This document shows, piece by piece, positions 1 through 8,193 of a DNA stretch of 13,543 nt. Source of the stretch: an uncultured Oligoflexus sp. (GTDB taxonomy: Bacteria; Bdellovibrionota_B; Oligoflexia; Oligoflexales; Oligoflexaceae); the NCBI GenBank assembly GCA_964236955.1, contig CAXSGP010000114.1, forward strand, positions 1-13,543, written 5' to 3'. A program made the position numbers and the translations under genes. Under the pieces are notes generated by a model. The model saw nothing but the letters and a program-made list of their open reading frames with translations. It had not been told where the DNA came from and ran no database searches. Every line of letters begins with the position of its first letter. Position 1 is the first letter of the stretch.

Positions 1-852
1 TTTGACCTCCAACTGAATGGGTGGCGTGGTCCCAATCACAATATCGGTTGCATGGATATTGACCGCTTTGTGGATGACGGAATCGTCCTTAAGACCCAAT
101 ATATATTTTTCACCTAATGGGCCTGAGATAGTCCCATAATAAATGATGCCGCTACCTTTTACCCTGAGTCGGTACTGGCCCGGTTGAAGAGGGGCTGCCT
201 GGGTACCATAGTCAGTCGACCAAACGCCTGGACTTTTTTCTATTTCCAAAACTACGGGCCCAGGTTCAGGGGCTAATAGAGGAATACTGGCAAAGGTCTC
301 AAGCTTATTGGGGCTGGCACTCCCCCCTGGCGTCGTGGTTTTATAACTTGTGGTCGAGACAATAACGGACTCGACATATTCAGGATGGTCCTTCGAACGA
401 ACGGGCCGAATAATCTTAAAAGTCTTCACGCCTTTCATCGAAGTTTTAGCCCCGGTATAATTATTACCAAATGCTTTAGCCGCTTCCGAGAGGTCTAAGG
501 GGGCTGAGGCAAAAGAGTTTAAAGTTAATTGGCCCGATGTCGATTGCACATCGCCGGCTTTCAGGTCATTAATCTGCAGAGTCCAGTCATAAAAATAATC
601 AGTTGGAAAAAGCGTGGGCTCCCACTTATCACTGGTCCCGGGTATGAGGGCGGGATTCAGTGCGGCCTTGATAAGGCTCAGGCTCGAAACATTGCTGAGG
701 TACGCTGCTTCAGAAATGGAGGCGGCTTTATATTGACTCATCATATTTCGATTTTGTCGGGCAAGGCTGTCTATATAGTATCCTAATACTGCGAGTGCAG
801 TTACAGCTGTTATCAATGCCATTGTAATCGAACCGGATTCATGTTTTTTCAT
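1..852 (-). CDS. PilX/pseudopilin-like surface protein with a class III (prepilin-like) N-terminus; 3' end lies outside the window
   Basis: Not in the ORF track. Hand translation from the ATG at 852 is open for 284 codons to base 1: MKKHESG|SITMALITAVTALAVLGYYIDSLARQNRNMMSQYKAASISEAAYLSN... A short basic leader ending in G, a hydrophobic helix and a long amphipathic helix fit PilX/GspK-type minor pilins. An AGGGGG SD-like motif lies just upstream. Confidence 0.7.
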   Translation of the reverse strand, partial: MKKHESGSITMALITAVTALAVLGYYIDSLARQNRNMMSQYKAASISEAAYLSNVSSLSLIKAALNPALIPGTSDKWEPTLFPTDYFYDWTLQINDLKAGDVQSTSGQLTLNSFASAPLDLSEAAKAFGNNYTGAKTSMKGVKTFKIIRPVRSKDHPEYVESVIVSTTSYKTTTPGGSASPNKLETFASIPLLAPEPGPVVLEIEKSPGVWSTDYGTQAAPLQPGQYRLRVKGSGIIYYGTISGPLGEKYILGLKDDSVIHKAVNIHATDIVIGTTPPIQLEVK

Positions 853-917
853 CTTGCACCCCCTGCTTGAAATTCGATATCGGCTCCTTTTGGTTTGAGA
901 AATAGTCGTCCCAATTT

Positions 918-1610
918 TCACTTGTGATCACAGTAACATAAGTAGATCCGAAGGGGGGGTAGTTCCATTCGACCCTTTGCGGAAGTGATGCCTTCAGGCG
1001 GCCTGCCTTTGTCCCGCTTTATCGTCAGAGGTTTTGCATATCCCTCGCCATGAGGCTCGCAAAATTGCTCTGGTGACGACTTGTAAGGAACGTTATATGC
1101 CGAACCAATTCGGACTTTTCGCTTCGATTTCAATTCGGTGATAAAAGTCATTTTGCGGTCTGTGAAGGCCTCCAAAAGTTCCTTCGAATCAAACCTAGAG
1201 TCAGTGACGACTGGAAGTTTGGGAAACCCCGCTGCCAAGCAATCCTCTACGAGGCTCACGGCCCTCTCTAGAATAGGAGAATACTTCGGATCGAGTTTGC
1301 TTGTGAGAAACGCATATCCAAGTGGCAAAGCAATGTTACGTTTCCTATCAACGAGAACCAATACCTGTATTTTTTGGCCAAAGTAACCATTTCCGTGAGT
1401 ATTCCAGCGCTGGCATGCGAAAATTGATTTGCCGTATCTAGGCTTCGACGTATCGTCGATAACAAAAACGAAATCATTAGGATCAAGTTCGCCGTTGTAG
1501 TGATTTTGAATAGTTTGGCGACATCTTCTCATGAAACGATTTCCCGGAAAATTCGCGACAGCTCGAGTGAGTTCGGAAACGCTTGGCGAATTGTTGTCGT
1601 AAACTATCAT
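918..1610 (-). mobile_element. Truncated DDE transposase, IS701/IS4-like (internal fragment, probably a pseudogene)
   Basis: Motifs FVIDDTSKPRYGK (first catalytic D), GQKIQVLVLVD...LPLGYAF, VVTDSRFDS (second D; usually DSWF/Y) and FITELKSKRKV. The transposase-like part spans about 1060-1595. No third-residue W-x-I-E region and no terminal inverted repeats were seen. Confidence 0.8.
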
Positions 1611-1635
1611 GACGTCTCAGTAAGAATCCCTCGCA

Positions 1636-1664
1636 TTGACACTTTTTCCCCATAAGCCTATACA
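1636..1664 (+). promoter_or_regulatory. Putative sigma70 promoter for the 1691..3136 gene
   Basis: TTGACA (1636-1641), a 17-nt spacer, then TATACA (1659-1664). It is followed by RBS GAGGAG (1681-1686) and ATG at 1691. The -35 box and spacing are perfect; the -10 box matches 4 of 6. Confidence 0.5.
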
Positions 1665-1690
1665 GGAGAAACCAAATTGTGAGGAGTCCC

Positions 1691-3136
1691 ATGAAAAAAC
1701 TAGCTATATTGACAGGCTTAATCTCTTCAAGTACTTACGCGAATCAACTGCCCTTTGATCAGCCAGACTTTCTAAAATTAGCCAATGATGATCCAGCAGC
1801 AGCTCGAGATCTCTCCATATTTTGTTCAGCCACAAGAAGATCACTCACGGACTGTAAAGACATCTTTTCTGGGGATAGCAATCTCAAACAAGAAGCTGCT
1901 CGTAAATGTGTTCAAAAAATGAATGCTGCAGCCGCTTCGTTTAATTTTCCAGCATCTACGGTAAGTCCTGGGTCTATATCCAACGAAGTATCTGGACAAT
2001 GGCCCAGCACCTACCACACTGATGAAAATGGAATCCACCGACACGCATATACTGAGAAAGACCGTCAAAGAGCCGTTTATCAATACGAATTGATTTTAAC
2101 CCGAATAGAATCTGACCGACAAAAGCAGAAAAATGGTGACTCTTCAAAATCAGGCACGAAGGAAGTCAACAAAAGTGCTGGTTGGGGCATCGACCTTGGA
2201 AAATTAGGCTCGTCTTTCACAACTAAAGAAAACGAGATCAAAACTGAAACTCCAGGTTTAAGTGCCGAAGCGCTGGCCAGAATAAAGGAAATGGCAAAGG
2301 ATGCTTATGATAAACCTTCGTTAGGACAGGTCATTCCAAGCATCCTTTGTTTTTTCCACCAAAAAGACTGCACCGTAGACGGTGGTCAAACGATTCCAAA
2401 TACCAGCTATGAACCTGAAAAAAAGAAGGATGAGTCTAAGAAAGAAGAGCCTAAGAAGCCAGACGCCCCTAAACATGCTGAAGAATCCTCAAAAGAACCT
2501 CCCCACATGGTTCACGTCGATACACATGGTGATTCTTGGGCTGGTGCAGATAAACCGTCAGGCGGAACCATGATTGCAACTCCTGCTGAGCAAGATTTGG
2601 GAGCAAAATCGGCAATGGAAATCTGCCTTGACGTCGAATTTAAAGAATTAATTGACACTATCGGCACTAAAACTAAAGACCCCGGGGCGGAAGGCAGTGA
2701 AAAATTTCGCAAACATAGGGCCGAAGATTTTCTAAAGACAGGTTATTGCGAAGAGTCTTATTTTGGGAAAGAATACTGCCAGGCATTTAATAACAATCTG
2801 CACAGTGTCCCGGTTATTGGTTTGCCAGCAGATAAAATAGAGAACGTAGAAGCAGCTCTTAAAGATCTTAATGAAACGGGAATCTGCGATTCTGCCAATT
2901 TGGGCTGGGAGTTTTGTATTAAACATAAATTCAAACTCGATTCCGTCCCTTTTGACCATGGTTTATATAGCGGGAAATCTGGGTTATCAGAAACTAACAG
3001 CCCCTCATCGTTGGAATTCAATGGCCCTGAATTTGACGGGAACGAATTCAATGGACCTCTTATTAATCCCGGAGAGTTTGTCTTTAAAAGTGATTCGAAA
3101 ACTGGGTCGAAACACGTACTCCCAAGAGACGAATAA
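1691..3136 (+). CDS. Secreted Cys-rich hypothetical protein (481 aa)
   Basis: Start moved from 1679 to ATG 1691, which follows GAGGAG. It has a Sec-type signal peptide (MKKLAILTGLISSSTYA|NQ), 10 Cys, a K/E/P-rich linker, two copies of a TG-x-C-x5-G-x-E-[YF]-C motif and a C-terminal EFxG[PN] triple repeat. No family was recognised. Confidence 0.85.
   Translation: MKKLAILTGLISSSTYANQLPFDQPDFLKLANDDPAAARDLSIFCSATRRSLTDCKDIFSGDSNLKQEAARKCVQKMNAAAASFNFPASTVSPGSISNEVSGQWPSTYHTDENGIHRHAYTEKDRQRAVYQYELILTRIESDRQKQKNGDSSKSGTKEVNKSAGWGIDLGKLGSSFTTKENEIKTETPGLSAEALARIKEMAKDAYDKPSLGQVIPSILCFFHQKDCTVDGGQTIPNTSYEPEKKKDESKKEEPKKPDAPKHAEESSKEPPHMVHVDTHGDSWAGADKPSGGTMIATPAEQDLGAKSAMEICLDVEFKELIDTIGTKTKDPGAEGSEKFRKHRAEDFLKTGYCEESYFGKEYCQAFNNNLHSVPVIGLPADKIENVEAALKDLNETGICDSANLGWEFCIKHKFKLDSVPFDHGLYSGKSGLSETNSPSSLEFNGPEFDGNEFNGPLINPGEFVFKSDSKTGSKHVLPRDE
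3014..3058 (+). repeat. Three 15-bp in-frame tandem repeats encoding EFNGP-EFDGN-EFNGP
   Basis: gaattcaatggccct / gaatttgacgggaac / gaattcaatggacct. Confidence 0.8.
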
Positions 3137-3152
3137 AGTCCCAGAATTCCGT

Positions 3153-3178
3153 CTTAAACAGATCCTTCCCAGGATCTG
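3153..3178 (-). terminator. Hairpin between convergent genes; possible intrinsic terminator
   Basis: Perfect 8-bp stem CAGATCCT (3159-3166) / AGGATCTG (3171-3178). On the minus strand it has a GGGA (GNRA) loop and is followed by TTTAAG, so the U-tract is short. Confidence 0.4.
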
Positions 3179-3212
3179 CGTAACGATCCGACATTGAGCT
3201 CATGCCTACCAT

Positions 3213-3268
3213 AAGTTCCTTCGAATCAATCCAAGAGTCAGTGACGACGGGAAGTTTGGCAAACCCCG
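3213..3268 (-). pseudogene. Second, very short remnant of the same IS transposase (direct repeat of 1176-1231)
   Basis: 52 of 56 nt are identical to 1176-1231. It translates as GFAKLPVVTDSWIDSKEL, versus GFPKLPVVTDSRFDSKEL in the first copy. Confidence 0.85.
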
Positions 3269-3271
3269 GCC

Positions 3272-4678
3272 CTAGAGCAGCGTTTCTTTTTTCATGATCT
3301 GTCTAAGTACGCGATAGGAAAAACAGCCAAAAAAGGCTCCATACAATCCCGCACCGAGCACCAATCGCAAAATCCAATGCAAATGGGGTGAAAACCAAAG
3401 AAAAGCGGACATAGCCATAAGCCCCGAAACGATGCCGCTAAAGGGGAGGCTGAAGGATGAAAAACCGTCGGTTTGACGACAGGCCAAGCAAAAAAGAACA
3501 GCACCCGCGAGGGTTTTCCCCAAGGCAGGAGCCAAGAGGGCAAGACTCGGTTGATGCGCTCGCATCAAAAGCGCCGATCCGCTTAGACCAATGATCATGG
3601 CTCCAAAATAGGCCCAATTGGTCCAGCGGACCTTCCCTAATGCATTGAGGGCCTGAACACCAGCTACCAGGAGTAGCGAATGCCCAAGCATCCCCGTGCA
3701 TATGAGGGCCAGATTATAACCCTGGCCGGCAAACCCTTCACCGCTGATGGCAACGATGAGGGGTTCACCGATAAAGAACACTCCAACCATGAGCGGCAGG
3801 ATAAAGGCGGCCAGCATCCAAACCGTGAAACGAAGGAAGCGTCCGACCTTTTCGGGATAAGCCAGGCCTTCACTATAGAGAATGCCGCTAGCCGAAATAA
3901 TCAGGAATAAAAGGCCTTGATAGAGGCGCAAAGGTCCCGACAGCATACCCACTGCGGTGGCTCCGCCCCAACCTTCGGCAAACCAGATTTCAATACGCTC
4001 CACGAACATGGCCAAGATATAGGTCAGGGCGAAGGGTAGGGAGACTTTCAGCGTCCTGGCAACGGCATTGAAGCGAGGCACGATCCAACCGTAGGTTTTA
4101 AGGGTATAATGGAGTGAGCCCAGTGCGATGGCCAGATTCACGCCGTAACTCAGCATCGCAAAGAGCCAAGCGTCGGCGGGGTTATGGACGAGAAGCAGGA
4201 TTGCCAGAAAGGTCAAAAATTTTGCCAATATGGTGATCCGGGCCAGCACCGACATGGTTTGATCAGCAGTATGGACGAAGGTGGTGCTCGTGCTTGATAG
4301 AAACATCATCGTCCCAATCGCCATCGCAAGGGGACGATAGGGTATAAACTTGGGCACAAAAAATAACGAGGCTAAGAGCAGTCCATAAACGAGGGCTCCC
4401 ATAAAGATTCTTGTGCCAACGATACGGCCGACTCTGAGCTTCCATTCGTGACTGCCCTTGTCGATTCCACGTAAGCTGATCGGGCCATAGAGTTCAAAAC
4501 CCCAGGTCATAACGGGAAGAAAGAGTTCGACGATATAAATAGCGAATTGGGCTTCACCCAAACTCTCCAGTCCCAACTTCGATTGGCCGAAGCGAATCAG
4601 GAGGAGGGGAATGATCTTGTTGACAAGTTCTGCCGCGCTGACGAAAAGAAAAGTAAGTTTGATGCGTCGGAGATTCAT
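3272..4678 (-). CDS. Wzx-like oligosaccharide flippase (MOP/PST superfamily)
   Basis: 468 aa with about 12-14 hydrophobic segments. The N-terminal pattern (AELVNKIIPLLL...LGLESLGEAQFA...WGFELYG) and the later SLPFAL...ERIEIWF...GATAVGMLSGPLRL are typical of polysaccharide-biosynthesis flippases. Confidence 0.85.
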   Translation of the reverse strand: MNLRRIKLTFLFVSAAELVNKIIPLLLIRFGQSKLGLESLGEAQFAIYIVELFLPVMTWGFELYGPISLRGIDKGSHEWKLRVGRIVGTRIFMGALVYGLLLASLFFVPKFIPYRPLAMAIGTMMFLSSTSTTFVHTADQTMSVLARITILAKFLTFLAILLLVHNPADAWLFAMLSYGVNLAIALGSLHYTLKTYGWIVPRFNAVARTLKVSLPFALTYILAMFVERIEIWFAEGWGGATAVGMLSGPLRLYQGLLFLIISASGILYSEGLAYPEKVGRFLRFTVWMLAAFILPLMVGVFFIGEPLIVAISGEGFAGQGYNLALICTGMLGHSLLLVAGVQALNALGKVRWTNWAYFGAMIIGLSGSALLMRAHQPSLALLAPALGKTLAGAVLFCLACRQTDGFSSFSLPFSGIVSGLMAMSAFLWFSPHLHWILRLVLGAGLYGAFFGCFSYRVLRQIMKKETLL

Positions 4679-4723
4679 AATGATCCAGAATGGAGGGCTT
4701 GGTAAAAATTGAGTCTCGTATCC

Positions 4724-5509
4724 CTAGAGCCTGTGGTCGGCCAGGACGAAATCTTTGGCGGCAAAATAGTGCGAATCACCGCCGGCAAGCGTCGTCTCAC
4801 GTTCGACAGCCTGGGCGATAAACACCAAAATCTCGCCGTCTTCTTTACAGCCTCCCGAAAAGGATTTGAGCAGCCAGCCTAAAGGCTTATGGATCACTGC
4901 CTTAAGAGGGCCCCAAAAGGTTCCCGCCGATGTGAGAAGGCTCTGAGCGAAACCGATTTCTCGAAACATATGATTCATTTGATAGCTTAGAATAGGTGAT
5001 ATGTGCCGCTGCGTCTGAATATCTACGAGTCCAAAATGCTTGGGTTCACCTTTGATAAGGAACTTGAGACGGGCCATCCAGTGTTCCACATTTGGGCTCG
5101 TTATGACGAGGTGGCCGCCTGGTTTGAGAAGCTTACGGAGCTCTCGCAGAAAATGTCTTGGATTGTCTAAGTGTTCGATTATTTCGACGGCCGTAATGAG
5201 GTCAAACTGCATAGAAATGTTTTGAGCGAAATCGGCGTTGAGGTCAAAGCTGTGAACCGGGACGCCCTTGATCTGAAAGTCCTTATGATTGAGTTCGATG
5301 GCCATAAAGTTTTTTAGCCCTGTCGCCCGCATCCTTTCAATAAAGGCACCACTACCGGCGGCTACATCCAGCACCAGGCTGTCCTGTGGCAGTCCCAAGC
5401 AGGCTATATGCTTCGCCAATTGGCGATGGGTGCCTGGAGCGCAGCGTTCCACAAGGCCGTTAAACCGTTCCTGGCGTTTCGTCCAGAGTGTCGATAATTT
5501 TGATTTCAT
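4724..5509 (-). CDS. Class I SAM-dependent methyltransferase
   Basis: Motif I VLDVAAGSG, then FDLITAVEIIEHLDNP and LLKPGGHLVITSPN. ATG 5509 (MKSKLS) is preferred over TTG 5521 because it is preceded by GAGAAGG. Confidence 0.9.
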   Translation of the reverse strand: MKSKLSTLWTKRQERFNGLVERCAPGTHRQLAKHIACLGLPQDSLVLDVAAGSGAFIERMRATGLKNFMAIELNHKDFQIKGVPVHSFDLNADFAQNISMQFDLITAVEIIEHLDNPRHFLRELRKLLKPGGHLVITSPNVEHWMARLKFLIKGEPKHFGLVDIQTQRHISPILSYQMNHMFREIGFAQSLLTSAGTFWGPLKAVIHKPLGWLLKSFSGGCKEDGEILVFIAQAVERETTLAGGDSHYFAAKDFVLADHRL

Positions 5510-5554
5510 AAGCCTTCTCAACTTGCTACCCCGTCATGGATTGATTATTTCAAT

Positions 5555-5584
5555 AGTCTACCGTGGGTAAAACAGGGGTGGCAA
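5555..5584 (-). promoter_or_regulatory. Possible sigma70 promoter for the methyltransferase-flippase pair
   Basis: Minus strand reads TTGCCA-N18-TAGACT, about 45 nt upstream of ATG 5509. Confidence 0.3.
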
Positions 5585-5672
5585 CGCCGACTTCCCGGCC
5601 GGTCAAGCTTGCTGATTCGATCCTGGAAAGCGCCGATTTCAGGTCGCTGCTACTTTAGAGCAAAAGTGGACA

Positions 5673-6110
5673 TCATTGGGAGGACAAGAGTAGCACCAGG
5701 GTTAGTGTTGTTCCCTCGGCGTTCTTCCGTCGTTCAATTTTTAGATGCCCACCCAGTTGTGCTGTAATCTTCTTCATAATCAGCGAACCTAGACCCATCG
5801 AAAGATGGCCGAATGCCGACGAGTATTTTCGACCGTACTTTCTTTCGCCAAAAAGTTCCAATTCTTCATCAGAAATTCCGGGTCCATCATCGATAATAGT
5901 GCAGGTAACATACTTTTCGGCGGGTGTAAGGGTGATTTGAATCAACTCTTTTGCATACCGTTCGCCATTGCTAAGGGCATTTGCAATTAAGCGCTTGAGC
6001 AATAATTGATCGCCTTTGATGAGAACAGCCTCGGGCGAAATGAGTTGAAAACGTTTGCCCCGGGAGGAGTAAGGCTTGCGGGTCGGTGTTAAGGGAGGTG
6101 GTTTTTGCAA
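5673..6110 (-). pseudogene. C-terminal HATPase_c fragment of a sensor histidine kinase (no H-box/DHp or sensor domain)
   Basis: GDQLLLKRLIANALSNGERYA (N box), IIDDGPGI (G1), LELFGE (F), MGLGSLIMKKI (G2), then GGHLKI...GTTLTL. The first ~20 residues look non-homologous, and the nominal TTG start overlaps the divergent SCO start. Confidence 0.75.
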
Positions 6111-6860
6111 AGTAACAAAGCGGTCCTCGTTATCGCAGCAGCGGGAGCAGCGGCGGCGTTAACTTTCGTTATATTGAGCTCGCATCCCTTTAAAGCGCGA
6201 TCTTTTGATGAGGCAATCGAAAGAGGGCGTTTGGAAGGTCTTGATAAGGTAGCGGTGGTGCGGGAAGGGCTCCCTCATTTTTCAGCAAAAAGTCTTGATC
6301 CAGTTTGGGACGGGAAGGGTGGTAAGGCGGGGCTAGTAATGATGCCGTTGGTGCCTTTGCTGGATCAAGAGGGTAAGGGATTGGAGGAGCTTGATTTCAA
6401 GGGGCGTATCACCTTTTTATCTTTTGTTTTCACCTCCTGTGCTGGAGTCTGTCCTTTTCTAGTCGCCAATCTCAAAAAGATCGCCGAGCAAAATGCTGGC
6501 CCGGAAATACAGTTTCTTGCCATCACTGTTGACCCTGAGAAAGATACTCCGGCTCTGCTACGGGAGTACAAAAAAAAGATGAATCTGGATAGCCGCTGGC
6601 GCCTCATGACGGGAGATCATGAAGTGATCTATAATCTCATTAAGAAAACTTTTCTAAGTCAAGCTTTCCAGCGAACTCAGGGTGAAGAAAGAAATTTTGC
6701 CCATTCCGAACATTTTTACGTTCTTGATCAAGATAGGTATCTTCGTGCCGTGTTAAATGGCACAAGGTTCGATGTAAAGGATGAAGCAAAAGCCTTAATA
6801 CAAATGCTTCAACGTGAAAGGTCGGGTGTAAGCAGGGCGAATGCCACGGGTGAACTTTGA
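6105..6860 (+). CDS. SCO1/SenC/PrrC family copper chaperone
   Basis: N-terminal membrane anchor, FTSCAGVCP (CxxxC), ITVDPEKDTP, WRLMTG, and conserved His in AHSEHFYVLD. GGAGG at 6094-6098 precedes TTG 6105. Confidence 0.93.
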   Translation: MQSNKAVLVIAAAGAAAALTFVILSSHPFKARSFDEAIERGRLEGLDKVAVVREGLPHFSAKSLDPVWDGKGGKAGLVMMPLVPLLDQEGKGLEELDFKGRITFLSFVFTSCAGVCPFLVANLKKIAEQNAGPEIQFLAITVDPEKDTPALLREYKKKMNLDSRWRLMTGDHEVIYNLIKKTFLSQAFQRTQGEERNFAHSEHFYVLDQDRYLRAVLNGTRFDVKDEAKALIQMLQRERSGVSRANATGEL

Positions 6861-6878
6861 AAATAGAATTTCAAGATT

Positions 6879-8192
6879 CTAATGGTCCGCAAGTAAATCG
6901 ACGACAGAACGCTTCGAACGGCCGATGGCCATGGTCCGGGCGATGCCTGCAGACACGACACTCAAAAGAATGGCCATGGCGAGGAAGTCTCTCGGTCCTA
7001 TCGTAATGCGAAAGGGTATAGTCTGTGTGATGATACCGGGAACATAGGTAATTCCCGCGGCGTTCACTCCATAGGCAATCAACGCAGCCACCAGAACGCC
7101 AAGCAATGATCCCGTCAACCCCAGAAAAAACCCTTCCCAGGCAAACAGCGACTGGACGAAATTCGCTTTAAAGCCAAGCGCTCTCAACGTGCCTATTTCC
7201 TGCGACCTTTGAATGATACTCCTCGTGATGGTGTTGCTAAGGGAAAGCGCACAGACGACGATCACAATCAGGACGATGAAGTTTCGGAAGAGATTCATGA
7301 TCGTGGTGTTGGTCCGGTAGAACTCCGCAACTTTATTCTCCTCCCATTTCTGTACCCGTATGGGAATATGACCTGAAGAAAAGGTCTTTTGAAGTGAGGC
7401 AATCACCCCATCACGATTGGAAGGGTCGGTTAAGGCTATTCCTATCATAGAGATGCGGGAGCTATCAAAAAACCTCTGGGCCTGATCGAGAGGCATGAGC
7501 AGCCAGGAGTCCTCAAGTTCCCTTAGCCCGATCTCGATGACTCCCTGGATCTCAAACTCCATATCCGTAGCCCTGCCGCGCTCGGTCAGGCTTGAGAGAG
7601 CGATGCCGTGCTGGAAGCATTCCAAAGGGACCGCCAGCTCTTCCAGGCGTCCGTCCCCCAAGACGCGTGAGCCCGGCCGGCTCATATCACAGCCGAGCAA
7701 TTCAGCAAGGCCCCGGCCTAGGATAACCTGAGGGCGCTCAGAGACCACCAGGGGCTGACCATAGATGGTATTCCATTTCCATCGAGGCCCACGCATGCGT
7801 TCCCCTTGTGCAACGTCGTAGGCGTAACCAAAAAAGCCGACAGAATTTCCCGCCCCTGACGCCATGCCTTGGATCGGCATGAATTTTACAACAGATTCGA
7901 TCCTGGGGGCCAACGCGGCAAGAGCAGCCATAGCTTGTTTGGTCTGCTCTTCACTCATGAGATTGACCCAAGGATTGGTGTCGCCCGTGTCCTCTCGGCT
8001 GGACTCCAGGATGATATGTCCATACATGTTGCGACGAACCAGAAAATCCGCGGTCTGATTTTGGGTATCAACAATATAGCCCTGAATAAGAGTGACAGCG
8101 ATGAGACCCAAGCTGGCAGAAAGAAGAGTCGCGAGACTATGACGCCAGTTGCGAAGGGTGCTGCGAAAGGCCATTCGAATTTCAATCTTCAT
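6879..8192 (-). CDS. ABC transporter permease, FtsX/MacB/LolC-E type (4 TM, large periplasmic domain)
   Basis: MAFRSTLRNWRHSLATL start, then TM1, a periplasmic domain, and QRSQEIGTLRALGF...FAWEG. Start placed at ATG 8192, 1 nt after the upstream TGA (8194-8196), with an AGGGG SD. Confidence 0.92.
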   Translation of the reverse strand: MKIEIRMAFRSTLRNWRHSLATLLSASLGLIAVTLIQGYIVDTQNQTADFLVRRNMYGHIILESSREDTGDTNPWVNLMSEEQTKQAMAALAALAPRIESVVKFMPIQGMASGAGNSVGFFGYAYDVAQGERMRGPRWKWNTIYGQPLVVSERPQVILGRGLAELLGCDMSRPGSRVLGDGRLEELAVPLECFQHGIALSSLTERGRATDMEFEIQGVIEIGLRELEDSWLLMPLDQAQRFFDSSRISMIGIALTDPSNRDGVIASLQKTFSSGHIPIRVQKWEENKVAEFYRTNTTIMNLFRNFIVLIVIVVCALSLSNTITRSIIQRSQEIGTLRALGFKANFVQSLFAWEGFFLGLTGSLLGVLVAALIAYGVNAAGITYVPGIITQTIPFRITIGPRDFLAMAILLSVVSAGIARTMAIGRSKRSVVDLLADH

Positions 8193-8193
8193 G

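Noticed and set aside
529..786. 85-aa plus-strand ORF
   Set aside because: It is an antisense shadow of the longer minus-strand pilin-like frame (1..852).
1483..1692. 69-aa minus-strand ORF as a frameshifted transposase N-terminus
   Set aside because: It has no recognisable transposase motif and runs antisense across the promoter and RBS of the 1691 gene, so a programmed frameshift cannot be supported.
3272..3275. CTAG next to the IS remnant as an IS701-type target site
   Set aside because: The remnant is internal transposase sequence rather than an IS end, and the CTAG simply contains the flippase stop codon.
4724..5509. Methyltransferase as btaB or ubiG
   Set aside because: Only generic class I motifs are visible and its context is a glycan flippase, so no specific symbol is justified.
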